From Heterodontus francisci (taxonomy: Eukaryota), in the NCBI RefSeq assembly GCF_036365525.1, contig NC_090418.1, positions 5,805,492 to 5,869,491 of the forward strand: a DNA stretch of 64,000 bases. The letters run 5' to 3'. The notes beneath the pieces were generated by a model that was given only the letters and a program-made list of their open reading frames with translations, was not told where the DNA came from and searched no databases. Numbering within the stretch: position 1 is the first letter of the stretch; the number at the start of each line of letters is the position of its first letter. Below, piece after piece: positions 59,001 through 64,000 of the stretch. The position numbers and the translations under genes were made by a program.

Positions 59001-60596
59001 GAAAATTAGTTTAGAAGCAGGCTATCTAGCATTCACCCCAAGTCTGTTCTTTCAACAAATTCCTCAATTCTCTTACCCAACACAAAAAAGAGACTGTTCA
59101 ATCTTGAAAGCTTTAATTTCCACAGATTTTTTTTTTATTTTTTAAAAACAGCCTTTGGCTTGGGGTGGGGGAGAGAAGAGAAAGGGGAAGAAGGAGGAGG
59201 GTAAAGAGCTCTGGATTCCTACTACACTTGAGAAATAAAGTACTTCCTAATTTCCATTCCAAATGGCCCAACTAGCTTTAATTTGCCCCATTGTTCTCTA
59301 TTCCCTAGAGTAGAAAGTTTGATCTACCCAGTTAAATCCAGAAGCATCCAAAATCAATTAGATTATTTTTTTTTAAAAAGTTAGATTTTGGTTTGGTTGC
59401 TCTGAAAACCAAGTCCTTAAACAAACAGAAGTGTGTGGCAACATAGTCTTGAAGCAAGGTTGCTGCAAGATTCTAGTGGTTTTCTGCAGCATGACTAAAC
59501 AAAGAGCCACAACGAGATAATGTTTATTTCCCCATCTAAAATTAACAGCATCAGCACTTGCTAGAACAAACTGAAACATAGTCTAGATAAGCAATTTTTG
59601 ATTCATGGAACAAGATTATTAAAAAGGAGACAAGGCCAACAGACATCTTACCAATAGTGATAGAGGCAATCGCCAGTAGAGAGGTCATAATTTTCATGCA
59701 CACTGAAAAGGAATTTTTTAAAAAGGTTAATGTGCTACATGAATATATTCTGTTCCAACAATATAGAAGAGAATGCAGCTCTTCACCCAATCATGCTTGC
59801 CTTTTGAAGAGCTATCCAATTAGTCCCATTCTTTCTCTATCCCTCCCCACCCCTGAAAACTTTCAGAAGGAAAGGGTAAAACTATGGATTCTGCTGTCAC
59901 CCTTTCAGGCAATGTGTTCCAGATGACAATTCAGTGTCAAAAAAACTAATCTGGCCTCTGGTTCTTTTGCCATGTATTCATAGCATGATGCTGAGAGTGG
60001 AGATTATATACTTGTTAAATTCATAACTTTCTTACTTCAGTCCAGTAGAAGTAATTTAAACTAGGTTCAGAGGCCAAGCAGGATAAGAGGAGTAATTATA
60101 CATTGATCTTTTTGATGAAAGTGATATTAGCTGAACACTAAAGAGTTGAGGGTTTGAAAAGATAAGGCTGGCTGATGTGACATGTCCATGGTTGATTTGA
60201 CAGGATAATTCCACAGCACAGTAATTTGTTACTGTAGATAAAGTGTCCATTTTCTACAATAGCCCTTCAAGTAGCAGTATCACAGTTCAGGTTTACTAGA
60301 TCTAACTAGTAAAGTCGAACACTCCTGTCTTTTACGGACATCAGTAAAGCAGAAACATAGTGCTACAGCAAATATCAAGTCAGAAAAAAAGCTTCTAGTG
60401 GGCACAAAACAGTTATTCACTTAGCCCATATCTAATGCATCAGTTGCATTTTACTATAATCAAGATCTATTGATTTGTTCATTTGCACGAGAGTTGATTA
60501 AATAGTACCTGATGCCATTGGGGAAACTGGAGGCTCTTCAATAGTCCGGAGGAGTGGAGTGTACAAGCTACGTTCTAGGTCCATGTCGTTCACCAT
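55836..60596 (-). CDS. TMEM272: TMEM272-like multi-pass membrane protein; join(60509-60596, 59652-59702, 58719-58922, 55836-56044), 183 aa
   Basis: Translation MVNDMDLERSLYTPLL...ASITIGTVYLDSCTKQYLIPIYLIVSG...LIWFITGNVWIYRIYEPDY...YCDKTLYLFAFWTTT. Motifs G..YL..C.....IPIYL.V.G, WFI.GN.W.Y and YC.KTLYLFAF are typical of TMEM272. All introns GT-AG, phase 1; 88+51+204+209=552 nt. May be a paralogue rather than the strict orthologue. Confidence 0.82.
56589..56937 (+). mobile_element. HE1-like V-SINE in the last intron of the TMEM272-like gene
   Basis: Full GGGGCGGCACAGTGGCGCAGTGG head, V-domain and CR1-derived tail. Confidence 0.9.
57805..58500 (+). mobile_element. Possible solo LTR
   Basis: Shares GGTCACATGAC, AATAAAACT and the terminal CTCACCTGGT(T/C) motif with the Gypsy LTRs of this window. 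Confidence 0.45.
58719..58922 (-). CDS. TMEM272: TMEM272-like coding exon 3
   Basis: cttacag|GCACT...ACAG|gtaact; encodes GTVYLDSC...IWFIT. Confidence 0.88.
59652..59702 (-). CDS. TMEM272: TMEM272-like coding exon 2
   Basis: ttttcag|TGTGC...ATTG|gtaaga; encodes VCMKIMTSLLAIASITI. Confidence 0.8.
60509..60596 (-). CDS. TMEM272: TMEM272-like coding exon 1
   Basis: Acceptor cctag at 60613; ATG in GAAATGG; donor TCAG|gtacta. Confidence 0.7.
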
Positions 60597-62414
60597 TTCC
60601 TATCCACAGGACCTAGGATTAGGAGCAGCAAGTCCACATTAACAGGCAAGCACCCATCTATTTTGGCAGTCTGAGTCCTACCTTCAGTCAGTTTGTTTGG
60701 ATCCCATTGGCAAGGGTAGACAACACATTAATACTGACTAAGCTACTTACACTCAAAACACCTGACTTTCTTAATTAGCACACAAGCTCCAGATGTAACC
60801 AGACCCAGTCAAATCTTTTAAAGGACAACCTTTTTGAAGACAAATTGGGAAGAACACAAAGGTAATAAATGTTGCTTGACCTGCATGTTTCTAGCATTGG
60901 CTGTGTTTTCTCTTTGCAACACTAACAGTTCAGCATCACATGCAGAGCGTCCCATCCACAGACTTCCTTTTTCTTGCAAAAAGCCACAATTAAAAAAAAA
61001 ATAAACTTTGACTAAAAGGCATCTTAAAGTAGGCCATACAGCCCCTCGAGCTTGCTCTACCAATTAAGTTCATGGCTGAATTTTTACCTCAACTCCACAT
61101 TTCTTCCCCCAACCTCCAAAAAAAAAACACTCATTTATGAATATACTCAACTGAACATCCACAGCCTTCTAGGAATAGAGAACGCCAAAAGATTCCCAAA
61201 CTTCTGAAATTACTCCTCAGTCCCAAATGGCCAACCTCTTAATGAGATGAATTCTAGTTCTCGACTATCCAACCAGGGAGTGGCCTAGGAGATGGTGAAC
61301 TTTTGTACTAGATTGGTCCTTGGGATGACTGAGATTGAATAGAGTGGACTTTTTTTTTTAATCCCTAGAGTTAAGACTGAGGTAATCTAATTAAATGCAT
61401 AATTCTTAAGGGGCCTGGACTGGATATGTAGTCAGTGCACACGAACAGGAATAATTTAAAGTTTTTTTCTAAAAAACTAAAAAAAGGAGGAATAACTTGT
61501 GTTACGGTAAAAGTAGCTGTTAATGTTTTGATAGCGTGGGATGATCTGACACGGGTGGGGGGAGAACATACTTGCCTGGGAGCAAAAAAAAATGTTAAAT
61601 ATTTCAACAGTGGATAACGTCATGTTAAATCAGGTGTTCCACAAACCTAGTTGATATGAAAGCCAATAAGAAGTATACTTCTCACTCTTCTACTGAAGTT
61701 ACCTGCAGCAATCGTCCGGAATTATCAGAAGTTTAAAAAAAAAAGAACCCAATAGGAAGGAGGCTTAAAAATAAGAGCCAGAGAGTCAAGTTTCCTCCTT
61801 CTTGTATGCGAAATAGAGGAACGAAAAGCCAATATATAAGCACTTTAACTCAACTGTTCTTTCCAACAACAAAATGGGGAGGGGAAGAAATAGTCTTGCA
61901 TTTATAAGGCGCAAGCAAACGACACACAAAAGTCACATCCAAAATGATCTAATAGAACTTGAATTTCAAATACCCGCAGTGCACTGACAATCAAACTTTT
62001 TTTTCCTCTCCTCTCGCCCAAATAAAAGTTGTTGAAACCAAAATGAGAATTGCCGATTAAAATAAAAACTCTTCCGAGTTAAACTGCCAAGGAAACCCAG
62101 ATTAAATGCATCACAAAAATACCAACCAGTTTAACAGATCGTCAACGTTGACACCAAACAAAAAGCAGATTAAAATCAGGTAGCGTAGCCTAACCCAACT
62201 TTATTAAACTTCCTTCCGATTTCTTCACCCGAAATTCTCGTGTTTAATTTTTGCTTTTAATTGGTTGATTGTTGGGAGCCACTCAAACTTTTGCGGCACA
62301 CTTTAGTCACATGTAGAGAAGCAAAAATATGCCTTTTAGTTTTTACTTGGATTCTGTGGTTTATTTTGGTTTTCAGCTGTCACACTGCCTCAATAACAAC
62401 CTTTATTTATATAG

Positions 62415-63658
62415 GACGCATCTGCTCTGATGATGCTACCTTCCATGACGGTGCTTCTGATCTGACCTTTTTCCTCAACCAAGGATGTCCCCCCACTGTG
62501 GTTGACAGGGCCCTCAACCGTGTCCGACCCATTCCCCGCACCTCTACCCTCACCCCTTCCCCTCCCTCCCAGAACCGTGACAGGGTTCCCCTTATCCTCA
62601 CTTTTCACCCCATCAGCCTCCATATCCAAAGGATCATCCTCCGCCATTTCCACCACCTCCAACGTGATGCCACTACCAGTCGCATCTTCCCCTCTCTTCC
62701 TCTGTCAGCATTCCGAAGGGATCGTTCCCTTCGCGACGCCCTGGTCCACTCCTCCATTACCCCCACCACCTCGTCCCCGTCCCATGGCACCTTCCCCTGC
62801 AATCGCAGGAGGTGTAATACCTGCCCATTTACCTCCTCTCTCCTCACTATCCCAGGCCCCAAACACTCCTTTCAGGTGAAGCAGCGATTTACTTGTACTT
62901 CTTTCAATGTAGTATACTGTATTCGCTGCTCACAGTGTGGTCTCCTCTACATTGGGGAGACCAAGCGCAGACTGGGTGACCGCTTTGCGGAACACCTCCG
63001 CTCAGTCCGCAAGCAGGACCCTGAGCTTCCGGTTGCTGGCCATTTCAACACTCCCCCTTGCTCTCATGCTCACATCTCTGTCCTGGGATTGCTGCAGTGT
63101 TCCAGTGAACATCAACGCAAGCTCGAGGAAGAGCATCTCATTTACCGATTAGGCACACTACAGCCTGCCGGACTGAACATTGAGTTCAATAATTTCAGAG
63201 CATGACAGCCCCCCATTTTACTTTCATTTTTAGTTATTTTTTCTTACTTTTTTCTACATTCTTTTTTACATTTTTTACAATCTTTTTTTTGCATTTATTT
63301 CGTTTCATCTTAGTTTGTTCAGTTTGCTTACCCACTGTTTTTTTCAGGTTTGCACTTGCTGCTGTTCAATATTCAGTGTATTAACACCTAATCTGTACTA
63401 ATGCTTTGTCTTTCAACACACCATTAACATATTGTTTGCCTTTGCTCCGTGACCTTTTGGTCAGCTATGTGGCCTGGTCCAATCTAGACCTCCTTTGTTA
63501 TCTCTTGCCCCACCCCCACCTCACTTGCTTATAACCTGTGACTTTTCTAATATTTGTGGAGTTCCAATGAAGGGTCACTGACCCGAAACGTTAACTCTGT
63601 TTCTCTTTTCACAGATGCTGCCAGACCTGCTGAGTGGTTCCAGCATTTCTTGTTTTTA
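62415..63658 (+). mobile_element. Penelope-like retroelement, 5'-truncated (RT C-terminus plus GIY-YIG), with 13-bp TSD
   Basis: ORF to 63205 has RICSD, YCIRCSQCGLLYIGETKRRLGDRFAEH and GLNIEF. TTTATTTATATAG at 62402-62414 and 63659-63671. Inserted into a LINE/SINE tail. Confidence 0.92.
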
Positions 63659-64000
63659 TTTATTTATATAGCGCCTCTCAACCAAATTAAAAAGTTCCAA
63701 GGCCCTTCACAGGAACATTATGAAACAAAGTATGATACTCAGCCACAAAAGGAGACATTGAGTCAGATCAGAAGCTTGGTCAAAGAGGTAGGTTTTAAGG
63801 AGTGTGGTAAAGGAGGAAAGCCATGTGGAGAGGTGTAGGGAGGGTAATTTCAGAGCTTGTTCTGAAAAGCCTATTGGAGTGATCATTTCTTTAATGGACC
63901 TATAATGGTGACACTGGGCAGTCCCAGGGCACCTTTCACATCCCTGGGATGTCCAAAGTGCTTTGCAGCCGATGAAGTAATGTGAAAACAGCCAGATCAT

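Noticed and set aside
62261-63205. 314-aa ORF as a host gene
   Set aside because: It is Penelope RT/GIY-YIG sequence; the hydrophobic N-terminus lies outside the TSD and is fortuitous read-through.

Overview
Vertebrate genomic DNA, almost certainly from a shark or other elasmobranch: it carries HE1-type V-SINEs, Deu-domain SINEs, CR1/L2/RTE LINE fragments and Penelope elements. Three spliced minus-strand protein-coding genes can be rebuilt by hand with canonical GT-AG introns and matching phases. (1) LAMTOR4, 99 aa, 4 coding exons, 12737-16450. (2) A ~1708-aa protein joining an N-terminal CARD exon to a full URGCP/GVIN1 (VLIG)-type very large GTPase, 23868-32491, with two ISRE/IRF motif clusters upstream. 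(3) A TMEM272-like membrane protein, 183 aa, 55836-60596. The rest is mostly transposon-derived: a decayed Gmr1-like Gypsy element with both LTRs, solo-LTR remnants, young Penelope copies with minimal hammerhead ribozyme motifs (one inserted in a triplicated LAMTOR4 promoter module), a Harbinger Myb/SANT relic and many LINE/SINE pieces. The most interesting element is the CARD-fused, probably interferon-inducible giant GTPase. All calls come from reading the sequence by eye. No searches were run, TE boundaries are approximate, and many small LINE tails are not listed.
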